From the IMG/VR virus record IMGVR_UViG_3300049489_000428, positions 1 to 57,255 of that record: 57,255 nucleotides of DNA; one strand, 5' to 3'. Under the pieces are notes generated by a model. That model saw only the letters and a list, made by a program, of their open reading frames with translations. It was not told where the DNA came from and searched no databases. Shown piece after piece: positions 14,617 to 25,000 of the stretch. Each line of letters opens with the position of its first letter. Positions within the stretch are counted from its first letter, which is position 1. Position numbers and translations under genes: made by a program. The stretch is from a virus (taxonomy: Duplodnaviria; Caudoviricetes).

Positions 14617-16322
14617 TGTCTAAACCTGTCCTAGAAAAGCTGGTTCAGCAACTATTTATGCCTGCTCAGAATTCTAAAGCACTCGGATTAACTGCTGCTG
14701 AATTCGAAACCAATAAGGCTAGAGTAGAGGCCTTCAAACGCGATATTACAAAAATAGGTGAGGATTTTAGAAAATACTCCGCCTATGCAATACATGAGTT
14801 TGATATAAGTCAAACTACTATCGAAGGATTATTACGACAGGTATTAAAAGATGCTAAATTAATAGAATCAGATACTATTACTGCATCTAGAATAGAACAA
14901 AAATTTGGGGATGTAATTCCAAAATTAGCAGAATATATTAGATTACAACTAATAGAAGAAGTGAAAAGATCTGGTGCTAGTAAAAGAGCCACTAATATTG
15001 TTAAACTTGGTAATGGAGGTAATTCGATTATTTTTGGTACCAGAGATAGCACATCTGATAATTTCGCGGCTATTTCCAGTCTCTTCATTCGAGCATCTGG
15101 ATTGAGAACCAAGAGCCATAATCTAGCCTTTAGAAAGCTGATTTATGATTTTATTGGTGGTATAACTGATGAGGTAGACAGCAAGAACAGACCTATATAT
15201 GAAGATAAGCAACTTGAGCTCCAGGTTCGTAAACAATTAAATAGATCTAATGCTCAGTTTGACAAAGGGCATGACTCTTTAAGTTCTAATATTCAACAAG
15301 CTATCGGTGCAATGATTTTCAATAACGTTCATACTATGAACGTATTTGACCTTTCACCGACAGACCCTAAGCGTTTAGCGGTTGCAAAAGAGTTAGAAAA
15401 TATTGAGCAGGGATTTACTCAGTTAGTAAAAAATCCTAAATTTAAAAGAGATCTCAAATCGTATCTACTCGGAGAACCTGGAGTTGCTGCCGCCGTAATT
15501 CAGACCAGTTTAGGTTTTATCAGACGAATGGTCTCTGGAGAAATAGCTGCCGTAGTTAATGAACAAACTAGACTTAACGATGAAGTAATTAAGAAAGTAG
15601 CACGAGATATAACCGTTCATATATATCCGCAGTATTCAAAGGAGAACAGATCCGCTGGTGGAGCTTTAGAGGCCCAAATTGGGGAACACTTTAGATCTAA
15701 ACAATCAAATATTGGACAACTGCTCTATATGTATCTAAACGGCACCTTTTCCGCCCCAGGATTACCGGATCCAAAACAGTTAGGTGGCAGCCCTAGTATT
15801 CAAGATATGTCGGCTAAAGTAATATATGATTCTTTGGCTAAAGGAACCACCACTAAACAATCTTTTGAGGGTTCTGCATCTTCTAAAAGAGCTAGTTATA
15901 GTTCCGGACTTCCGGCTCCGAATACTAAAAAAACCTCGGCACGTAAACTTCCCAAAGTACCTATTCCAAAGATAGAACCAATAAAAATTCGTTCTCAGGC
16001 AGGCAAATTCGTATCTTTAGTAAATGTAGTCAATTTAATAAATATGCAGTTAGCTGACAAGATCCGACAAAATATGGGTTCCCCCAGACTTAACTATAGA
16101 ACTGGTAGGTTTGCACAGTCTGCTCAAGTACTTCCAGCATCCATAGATAAAGATGGGGCAGTACGTCTTCCATATACATATTTGAAGAAACCGTACCAAA
16201 CTTTCGAAGTTGGGTATAATCAGGGATCACCTTCTAGAGATCCAAGAGTAGTAATCTCTGAGAGTATTAGAGAATTGGCAATTAAACAAGTAACTGCCAA
16301 GTTAAGGATAGTTAGAGTATGA
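14616..16322 (+). CDS. tail completion protein (p143-like) with long N-terminal extension
   Basis: C-terminal LNYRTGRFA.S, YTY.K.PY.TFE, RDPR..I..SIR.LA; synteny. Confidence 0.75.
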   Translation: MSKPVLEKLVQQLFMPAQNSKALGLTAAEFETNKARVEAFKRDITKIGEDFRKYSAYAIHEFDISQTTIEGLLRQVLKDAKLIESDTITASRIEQKFGDVIPKLAEYIRLQLIEEVKRSGASKRATNIVKLGNGGNSIIFGTRDSTSDNFAAISSLFIRASGLRTKSHNLAFRKLIYDFIGGITDEVDSKNRPIYEDKQLELQVRKQLNRSNAQFDKGHDSLSSNIQQAIGAMIFNNVHTMNVFDLSPTDPKRLAVAKELENIEQGFTQLVKNPKFKRDLKSYLLGEPGVAAAVIQTSLGFIRRMVSGEIAAVVNEQTRLNDEVIKKVARDITVHIYPQYSKENRSAGGALEAQIGEHFRSKQSNIGQLLYMYLNGTFSAPGLPDPKQLGGSPSIQDMSAKVIYDSLAKGTTTKQSFEGSASSKRASYSSGLPAPNTKKTSARKLPKVPIPKIEPIKIRSQAGKFVSLVNVVNLINMQLADKIRQNMGSPRLNYRTGRFAQSAQVLPASIDKDGAVRLPYTYLKKPYQTFEVGYNQGSPSRDPRVVISESIRELAIKQVTAKLRIVRV

Positions 16323-16771
16323 GTAACCGTTCATCTATAGTAGACGCACTAGTTACTAAATTAAAGACGATAGATGGAACAGGAAAGTTTAAGTCGTCTC
16401 TAGCTGGTAATGTATTTCCAGTATTAAAGTTTTTTGATGAGGTAAATGACTTTCCACATGTCTGTGTAGTTGCCGGATATGAAAATAGAGAATACTTACC
16501 TAGTGATTTCCGATGGGGGTATTTAAATATCTCAATCAAGGTTTATGTACAAAGCGAGTTCGCCCAACAAGAGTTGGAAAAAGTTCTTGCTGATATTGAA
16601 TATGTAGTTTCAGAAAATGAGCAACTAAGATATGGAAGTGATGTTCAGGCACTGACTACAGAAATACTAATAAATTCAATTCAAACTGACGAGGGAGTTT
16701 TATCACCTCTAGGGGTTGGAGAAATCAATCTGGTAGCTCGCTATCAAGTTATATCTCATAACCCAACTTGA
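16319..16771 (+). CDS. tail terminator (p142-like)
   Basis: R.SIV.AL, DFP......E.R.YLPS, TDEG.L.P.G. Confidence 0.85.
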   Translation: MSNRSSIVDALVTKLKTIDGTGKFKSSLAGNVFPVLKFFDEVNDFPHVCVVAGYENREYLPSDFRWGYLNISIKVYVQSEFAQQELEKVLADIEYVVSENEQLRYGSDVQALTTEILINSIQTDEGVLSPLGVGEINLVARYQVISHNPT

Positions 16772-16845
16772 AGTAACGTAATCGATTCATCGTTAGTAAA
16801 TACTAAACAAGATGAGATTACAAAGAAATAGGAGATCAATTCTCA

Positions 16846-18243
16846 ATGGCCGTTAATCTATCCCGTAATACGCGAGTTTATTACACCAACCTAGCGTTGA
16901 CTACACAAACAACCGGTTACGATAATACTAATACGTGGGAAATTCAGGTTCTGAATGGATATCAATTCAGCCAGAATACTGAACAACAAACAATTCAGAT
17001 CATGGAAGCTGGACAAGTTCCAAATCGTGGTCAACGCTCTTTCAATACTAAACTAAATCCCGTGGAGTGGAGCTTTGGTACTTATGTACGTCCTAAGAAA
17101 TTTACAGCTACAAGTACTATTTCTTCAACTACAAGTAATTCACAAACTGCGGGTGTAGCAACTATTACTACGACTGCGGCTCACAGCTTAACCAACGGTG
17201 ACTATGTATCTATTGCCAATGGTACTACGACTGCAACAGGTTGGAATACTCTTTCAAATTCACCAGTTCCTGTACAGTGGGTATCGTCAACAGTAATTAA
17301 AGTGCCTGTTAGTGTAACAGCATCGGCTGTATGTTCACAAGCTCTAGCCATCACTAAAGTTGCTAGAACTACATCACCCGAAAAATATCTATGGAACGCT
17401 GCGTTATCAAAACGTGATCTATACGATTATGACGGTTATACAGCAGATACTAAGACACCGGCTTGGACAGAAGTTGCAGGTTCAGCATCTCTAGTATCAA
17501 CAAATGCTGATGCCCACCAACTTGCGCCGTTCGCGCTGATCTTTAAGGTAGACAATGTTTACTACAAGATTTGCCAGTGCGCGGTTAACCAAGCTGAAAT
17601 TCAATTTGGTCTAGATCAGATTGCGCAGATTAATTGGAGTGGTTTTGGTACTGTTATTCAGCAATTCGATACTACAGCAGCTCAAGCGACTTCTTTGGCC
17701 AACTTGACTGCGGCTGACGTAACTGCACAATTTATTACAAATAAATTGTCTACTATTCAGCTAGCGGATAATATTAATGTAGCGACTACCTCAGCTACTT
17801 CACAATATATCGTGCCTATCACTGGTGGAACGCTGACAATTAATAATAACCTTCAATATCTAACTCCAGAAATCCTTGGAACAGTTAATTTCCCTGTAGG
17901 TTACTTTACAGGAACACGAGCTATTTCAGGAAATCTAACTGCATATCTGAAGACCGGATCTAACACCGATACCGGAGCTCTGATGAGTACGATTATTACG
18001 CAGGCTTCTGCAGCTGGTGGTTCAGAGAATAAATTTAGCGCAACACTACATTTAGGCGGACAAACAAGTAATACTAGGGTAGAGTTTGACCTACCAGCTA
18101 TTATGATTCAGGTTCCGTCTATCGAAATTCAAGACGTTGTTTCTACAACACTCAATTTCACGGCCCAAAAGTGGACAGGCTCGAACTACGACCTAGACGC
18201 TGCAAATCCGAACGAATTGACAGTAAATTACTTCTCAGCCTAA
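16846..18243 (+). CDS. major tail tube protein (pb6-like)
   Basis: LSRNTRVY, WEIQVL.GY.FSQ, P.RG...FN..LNPVEWSF.TY.RP, GTRAISG.LT.YL. Confidence 0.9.
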   Translation: MAVNLSRNTRVYYTNLALTTQTTGYDNTNTWEIQVLNGYQFSQNTEQQTIQIMEAGQVPNRGQRSFNTKLNPVEWSFGTYVRPKKFTATSTISSTTSNSQTAGVATITTTAAHSLTNGDYVSIANGTTTATGWNTLSNSPVPVQWVSSTVIKVPVSVTASAVCSQALAITKVARTTSPEKYLWNAALSKRDLYDYDGYTADTKTPAWTEVAGSASLVSTNADAHQLAPFALIFKVDNVYYKICQCAVNQAEIQFGLDQIAQINWSGFGTVIQQFDTTAAQATSLANLTAADVTAQFITNKLSTIQLADNINVATTSATSQYIVPITGGTLTINNNLQYLTPEILGTVNFPVGYFTGTRAISGNLTAYLKTGSNTDTGALMSTIITQASAAGGSENKFSATLHLGGQTSNTRVEFDLPAIMIQVPSIEIQDVVSTTLNFTAQKWTGSNYDLDAANPNELTVNYFSA

Positions 18244-18257
18244 ACTGAGTAAGCTCA

Positions 18258-18285
18258 AGGGCGGGGGCAACCCCGCCCTATATTT
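18258..18285 (+). terminator. intrinsic terminator
   Basis: AGGGCGGGG/CCCCGCCCT stem, weak T tail. Confidence 0.65.
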
Positions 18286-18300
18286 CCAGGAGAAATATTT

Positions 18301-18732
18301 ATGGTATCATTAGACTCGTTGATGGTTCCCAATAAGGAAACAGAAGTTGAATTTCCGGGAATCGATGGTTTCAAAGTTAAACTAGCTTTTCAATCACGCG
18401 AAGCATTAATTGCAATTCGCAAGAAAGCTACTAATAAAAAGTTTACTCGTTCATCGCGAGAAATTACCGAAGAAGTTGATGATCAACTCTTCCTAGAATT
18501 GTATGTAAAAGCAGTGGTTAAGGGCTGGGCTGGCTTAAAACTTAAACATCTAGATAAGCTACTGCTTGTTGATCTTAGCGATCAGAAAGATTTAGAGGTA
18601 GAACTTCCGTATTCACCTGATGAAGCACTTAAGCTGATGAAGGCTAGTGTTATTTTTGACCAGTTTGTTAGCGATACGGTGTCAGACTTGTCAAATTTTC
18701 CGAAGAGCAGTTCGCCCGCATTAAAGACTTAA
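18301..18732 (+). CDS. tail assembly chaperone (G-like)
   Basis: Position before the TMP; VKGW.GLK motif. Confidence 0.85.
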   Translation: MVSLDSLMVPNKETEVEFPGIDGFKVKLAFQSREALIAIRKKATNKKFTRSSREITEEVDDQLFLELYVKAVVKGWAGLKLKHLDKLLLVDLSDQKDLEVELPYSPDEALKLMKASVIFDQFVSDTVSDLSNFPKSSSPALKT

Positions 18733-19079
18733 TTTATAGGTACTATCAAAATGCTGAAGTCGGAATGACTAAGGAACAGTATTTCGAGATGTGCGAAGCT
18801 ATAGGTGCTGAGCCCAACGAGGCCGAGGTACCTATAGACTTCAATGACTTTCCGGAAGATGTTCATCTAGCATTTAGTCTTTATTCAAAAATACCAGACA
18901 GGTGGGAAGGTATGTCCGGTACGTATATGGGTAAAGATATGAGTTGTGCGGAGTTCATTATGACAACTTTGGGTACCGAAGATAAGCGTACTGCTTTAGA
19001 ATTTATATTTATGATAGATTCTGTACGGCAGCAGTTTCTTTTAGAGAGACAAAAGAGACAGTCAAAGGAAAAGAAGTAA
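18699..19079 (+). CDS. tail assembly chaperone T part, reached by -1 frameshift
   Basis: Slippery A-AAT-TTT at 18693-18699; the -1 frame is open to 19079. Confidence 0.75.
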   Translation, partial: SEEQFARIKDLIYRYYQNAEVGMTKEQYFEMCEAIGAEPNEAEVPIDFNDFPEDVHLAFSLYSKIPDRWEGMSGTYMGKDMSCAEFIMTTLGTEDKRTALEFIFMIDSVRQQFLLERQKRQSKEKK

Positions 19080-22000
19080 ATGGCATCATACAACTCAGGA
19101 CCTATTGTATTTAAAGTTACAACCGAAGGTTTAGTACAAGCAGCCGCGGCCGCACAGTCTGTCAATAAAGACATGACTGCTGCGGCCGCAGCCGCTGGCA
19201 GAATGGGAAAAGCGGCATCCGGCGCGCTCAAGCAGTCTCAGTCTGGACTCTTTGCTGAAAACAGAGAGTACGGACAGGCTCGCGGTGTGACTGGAATGAC
19301 TGGCGCCGGTGGCCGAGATTTTGCCAAACAGGCTGAAGGTTTGGGTGGACTGGTACGTTTATATGCTACATTTGCTGCTAACATTTTTGCGGTGAGTATG
19401 GCATTCGAAGCACTGAAGCGTTCGTTTCAATTTGAACAATTGCAACGCGCTTCAGATGCTTTTGCTGTAACAACTGGTAAGAATTTATCTTACGTTGCTC
19501 AGCAAATGAAAGAGCTTTCACAGGGAGCTCTAACAGATAAAGCAGCACAATCTTATGCCAACTATGGTGCGTCGGCAGGGTTTACTGCGGACCAAATGAA
19601 GCGACTCGTAGTAGTCGCTAAAGGTGCTTCTCAAGCGCTTGGCCGCGACATGGGCGATTCAATAGACCGTTTGATTCGCGGTACTGGTAAATTAGAACCA
19701 GAACTTTTAGACGAATTAGGTTTACTAACTCGTACTAAACAAGCTGGTATTGAATATGGTAAATCAATTGGTAAAACTTTTGAACAGTTAACCCAATTTG
19801 AAAAGACACAAGCGTTCGTAAACGCTGTGCTAAAAGAAGGTGAGCAAAAATTTGGTGCAGTAGCTGCTGCAGTGAATGTTTCGCCTTTCGAACGACTACA
19901 AGCAGCCGTTGTTAATGCTGGAACGTCTATACTAAATGTTTTAAATAAAGCTATTGCGCCTTTAGCCAGTTTTCTAGCTAATAACAGTTCCGCATTATAT
20001 GGTGGTATTATTGCAGCTATTCTATACTTAGCAAAAACAGCATTACCTATGCTTAACAAAGCTTCAGATGAAGCTAACTTAAAAGCTATTGCTAATTCTA
20101 AAAAAGAGCTGGAATATCATAAAACTAAACGTACGGAATTGGCTGAGCAGATGAAAATTCAGCAACAATACGCCTCTACCACTACAAGACAATATGATGA
20201 ACAGATTGCTGCATATCGCAAGGAGGCAGATTCTTACATAAAAGAGATGACTAGAAAAATGGATGCGAACTCGGCATTCAGAAAGGCCGCGGCTACTCCA
20301 GGTTTTACATCTCAGACTAAGTTTGGAAAAGATAATCTTACATCAGAACAGTATCTAACTCAATTAAGGGATAGACAAATAAAAATAGCCCAACAGTTAG
20401 AGGGAGTAGATGCTCGCAGAGCCGCACACGCGGAACTATTGGCCGCCAGATATGATAAACAGGTAACAGCCGCTAGAAACCTACAGGCTGCAGAACAGTT
20501 ATTGGTAGAATTACACAAAGAGCGTGGTCAGGAATTAGCCGTAGTTAAACAAGCAGAAGCGGAGATTGCTAGACTTAAGAAGGATAGTGTAGCCGAGCAA
20601 AAACTTTTTATCTCAGACCTGAAAAAAGGCGCTCTAGTAAATATTGGATCCATTACCCAAATGGATGGAATAAAAGCCGGTTTTTCAACCTTCAAAAGTG
20701 AGTTTGCAGGAATTAAAACAGCTGCCGCAGAAGCCGGAACTAGTATATCCAAATTAGGTATGGCTGGATTTGCTGCTAGCTCAATGATAAAGATAGGTAT
20801 TAATGGTATCATTGGTTCAATGGGCAAATTGATGGCCGCATTCGGATGGATCTCATTCGCCATTGTAATGTTTGATACGTTAGCCTCAGCATTTGGCGGA
20901 TATAACAAAGGTATTGATAAGTTAATTGAGTCGCAGTCAACATTTGATAAGGTACTTCAGAATTCGGCAGGTCAAATTGGCATATTTCAAAAAATGGCCA
21001 GTGGTGTGGATGGAACCACAGCCTCTTTTATAAAATTAAAAGAATACTCTGGTAATGTATTAACCGGAATTGCTGAAGGTATTTCTGAAATTAGTAAGGC
21101 TTTTAATACTTTTAATAATGAATCGGGGCCAGTAACTGCTATAAAAGAACGTGCACTAAAGATTTTTGATGCAGATGCTACTACAAAACAAGCGGAACAG
21201 TTAAAAACAAGCATTATTACAGCACTAGCCACTGTTACTCCAGAGGACAAGAAGAAAGTTGAATCTGCGGTACTTTCTGCAATACCAAACGCAAAAACAA
21301 TGAATGACGCACTATCCATTATTGGCTCAAGCAGCGCTAATGCACTAGCTGGAATAGGGAATTCTTTAGCCATCAGTTTCACCCAATTAGATCTAGTATT
21401 AAAAAATCAAAACTCTAGTCTCAAGCAGGCCAAAGAAGCTTGGAAAAATCTTGGTGATGAAATGACGAAGCTTGGAGAAAAAGAGATTGTAAAAAATCCT
21501 AAGCTTAAGGGAGTAGCACAGGCTTTAGATAGTATAATACAATCACTAGATAGTGCTGATACTTCTAAGGCCCAAGAGATGTTTGCATCCTTGGGAGAAG
21601 ATAATTTTGTACAACTAATAGCTCTTGGAGAAAAATATAAAGTTGATATGACGGAGGTAACAGCAGCAGTATACGCCGCTAGGGATGCGGAGCTACAACG
21701 TGCCGCAGCAATAAGGTTAGCTGCATCAGAAGAAGAAGCTGCAGCCAAAAAACGCGCTGAACGTATACTTACTGTGGCTGATCACTTTAACAGGATAGGA
21801 TCGAAACAAGATAGTTTTAATGCTCAAGATAAGAATTTAGACGAAGATAATCTCACCTCAGGCGGTGCAACCTCAATATTAAAGAAAATGGCTGAAGAGA
21901 AAGAAGCTCTTATGGAGCTCAAAAAGGATATTCTATCAGATAAACAATTTAAAGAAGATCCTGCCGCTGCTGCTGCCGCTGCCAAAAGTATAGATGCTAT

Positions 22001-25000
22001 TTTACTGGCTATGGAGGAAAGAATTGTCTATCGCCAAAAATCTATGCTTGAAAGATTTAGTGATTTTGGAAAATCTATAGCGATAGCGGTTACTTCTGGC
22101 GCCTCACAGTTGGAGAATAAAATACCAGAGGTTCCAGGGAAAATTAAAGATGACGGACGCCCACAAAGAGTACCTGGGGCGACAGCTGCTGAAATAGAAG
22201 CCTATCAAAATAGAAATAATAAACCAAACAATGCTGGAACAACTCTTAAAACCTTATATGACAAGATAGCAAACGCTAAATCAGGCGAGGGTTCTTCCGC
22301 TAAGCTGTCTAAAGAATATGAGTATACTATTCAATTATTAAAGGCTCAGCTGGCTATTGTTAAGGAAATCTCTTCAATTCAACAAGATTTAATTGGCTAT
22401 GTCACTGCGGAGACTAGGGCACGCTCCGAGGCTTATGGTTATGCGTTAGCTCAAGCTAACTATTTAAAACAGATGGCTGAGTTAGATAATAGTGATAAAA
22501 AGGCTAATGGAGATAAGGCTGGTGCAGCGGCGGCTACTAAGGAGGCTAACAAACAAGCTCGAATCGTAGCTGAACAACTACGAGAGGAGTCCAACCGTGC
22601 GGTTTTACTAGAAAGATTGCGTAATGATATTGCTGCCGAAAAGGTACGTATTGAACAGGAGTATTATTACTATCTAGAGGAATCCTTAAAGATACAGGGC
22701 ACAATAGTGTCTTTTGCCAAAGAATTTAATCTTATGAGCTCGGCAAACTCTAGTATAGCTACCGCATCTTTAGCAGCAGAAAAAGAATTATTATCAATAC
22801 AGAAACAGCGTGAATTACAAGAACTAAAAATCTTTCAGATAAGGGAAGCAATATCAAAGGCCCAAGCACTGGGGGATACCAAAACCGCAAGCGAGCTTGA
22901 AGCAATGCTGCGCTCGTCAGAAAGTGCGTTAGCCAATCAAGAGAAACAGAAAAAGCTAACTGAAGAGAGAATTAGATTAGAACAGCAACTAACCGTAGAA
23001 CTAGCAAAACAGAAACAAATGTGGGATCAGATGGCCGCGGTAGGAGAAGCTCTGAGTTCAATTATAGAGTTTCAACTTAGCACTCAATCCAGTATTGTTA
23101 GTTATAGTCAAGTTTCTTATGCTAATGCACAACAAGAAGCAATTCTTATTATGCAGGCTACAAAGGCCCTTCGTGAAAAATTAACCCTACTCGGATTGAG
23201 TATGGAAAGTGAAGAAGGTCAAATAATTGCTCTATCAGAACAATTAAAAATATCTCAACAAATTTACGACAATAGAAGAAAGATCTGGGAATTAGCATCC
23301 AAAGATAATTCTGGAGCAGACTTCGGTAAAACTCTAGCACAAGGTTTTCATTATGCAGTTGAGGACTTTAGAAAGAATATGTCCTCGGCAATTACTACGA
23401 TTATTGGTGCCACTATGTCCGGTATTGACGCCTCTGTAGACTATATCATTAAGAATCTTAAAGATGGTGTACAATCTACACTCAAAGGAATGGCTAAGGC
23501 ATTTGGACAAACTGCTAAAGACGTTTTACTACAGTATATTGGAGATAAGGTTAAATTAGCACTTAAGCAAATTATTACTAATATGTTTAGTGATAAGGCT
23601 GAAAGTTTAGAAGATATAAACCGCAAAGTTGCCGAATCTATGAATACTGCAAGTAAGACACTTGCTGACGTAGACATCACTAATAAACAGTTAATAAACG
23701 CTTTAGGCAGTTTGGAACAAGCTATTAGAAATACTGCTGCTGCAAGCCCATCTTCAGGATATTCTGCAAATAACAATATTGATATTGCTCCAATGCAAGA
23801 CGCTATTTCCGATCTAAGCTCCAGTATGGATAAAGCTGGTGGAGATATGGATACCGTGACTAGTTCTATGGTATCTGGCTCTTCAACAATAGAGACTGCT
23901 ACTCAGGCCGCGGGTGGAAGTATGTTACAAACTGCTGGCTGGTTCGCAAAAGGTATAAGTGGTACTATGAATGCAATTAAAGGCATTCTAGGATCTTTTG
24001 GAGTTAAAGTTGGTGGTACCGCCGGTGCTGTAATGGATACAGTGTCTGGTTTTGGTAATATGCTTGGTAGCGTCGCGTCTATTGGCACAAATGCTAGTAC
24101 TGCACTCGGGTTATTAAGTTCGGCTTCTACTGCATCTTCAGGAGCCATGTTTAGTGCCTTAACAAGTACTACCGGACAAATGCTGGGCTTATCCACAGCT
24201 ATGGAGAGTGGAGCTTTTGCAATGTCTGGGGTAGCCGATGCCCTAATGGGTCTGGCTGCAGCCGCACCATATATTGCTGCCATCGCGATAGCAATTTTTG
24301 CCGCATATAAGATCTTTGGTAAAAAACGTGGTGGAGATAAATATGAAGGCTATGGTGGTGCTGGTGTTAATGATAAAGGCATTATAGAGGCATCAGATAC
24401 TATTAAATCCGGAGATCGCGGATTTAAGTCAGAAAATGAAGGTAAGAGTTTTGCAGAAGAATGGAGCAAAGGTGTTCTTAGTGGTGCAAAAGGCATCATG
24501 GATTCAATGGGAAGAAAATTATCCCAATCTGTGGAGGCTGGTCTAGGTTTTGAAATAGACGTCGCTAAAAATGCTACAGGGGATTCCAAAGGTATTGGTA
24601 CCGTTAAAAAGGATGGGCAGGTAGTTTATAGCAGTCTAGAAGGAGGTGCACCACATGGAGACGAAGAAGGTTTCCAAAAGTGGTTAGCGGATGAAGCCAA
24701 ACGTACTATGTTCGCAACACTAAAGGCTCAGGATGATCTACCCCAGAATGTTGCTAAATACTTTGAAACCATTGCTTATGATGCTATTAAAACTCTGTCA
24801 CCAGAAGAAATAACAGCTAAATTAGATTTTGTATCGGTACTAGCATATATTGACACCAATAACGCTAAGCTTACAAAACTTTTCGGTGAAAGTATCTATG
24901 ATATTACTGAAGAAGGATTGCAGGCACTACAGTTACAAGGTGAAAAATATTCAGAAACATTAGCTAGACTTTCTAATACTTTCGAAATTACTAATAAGTT

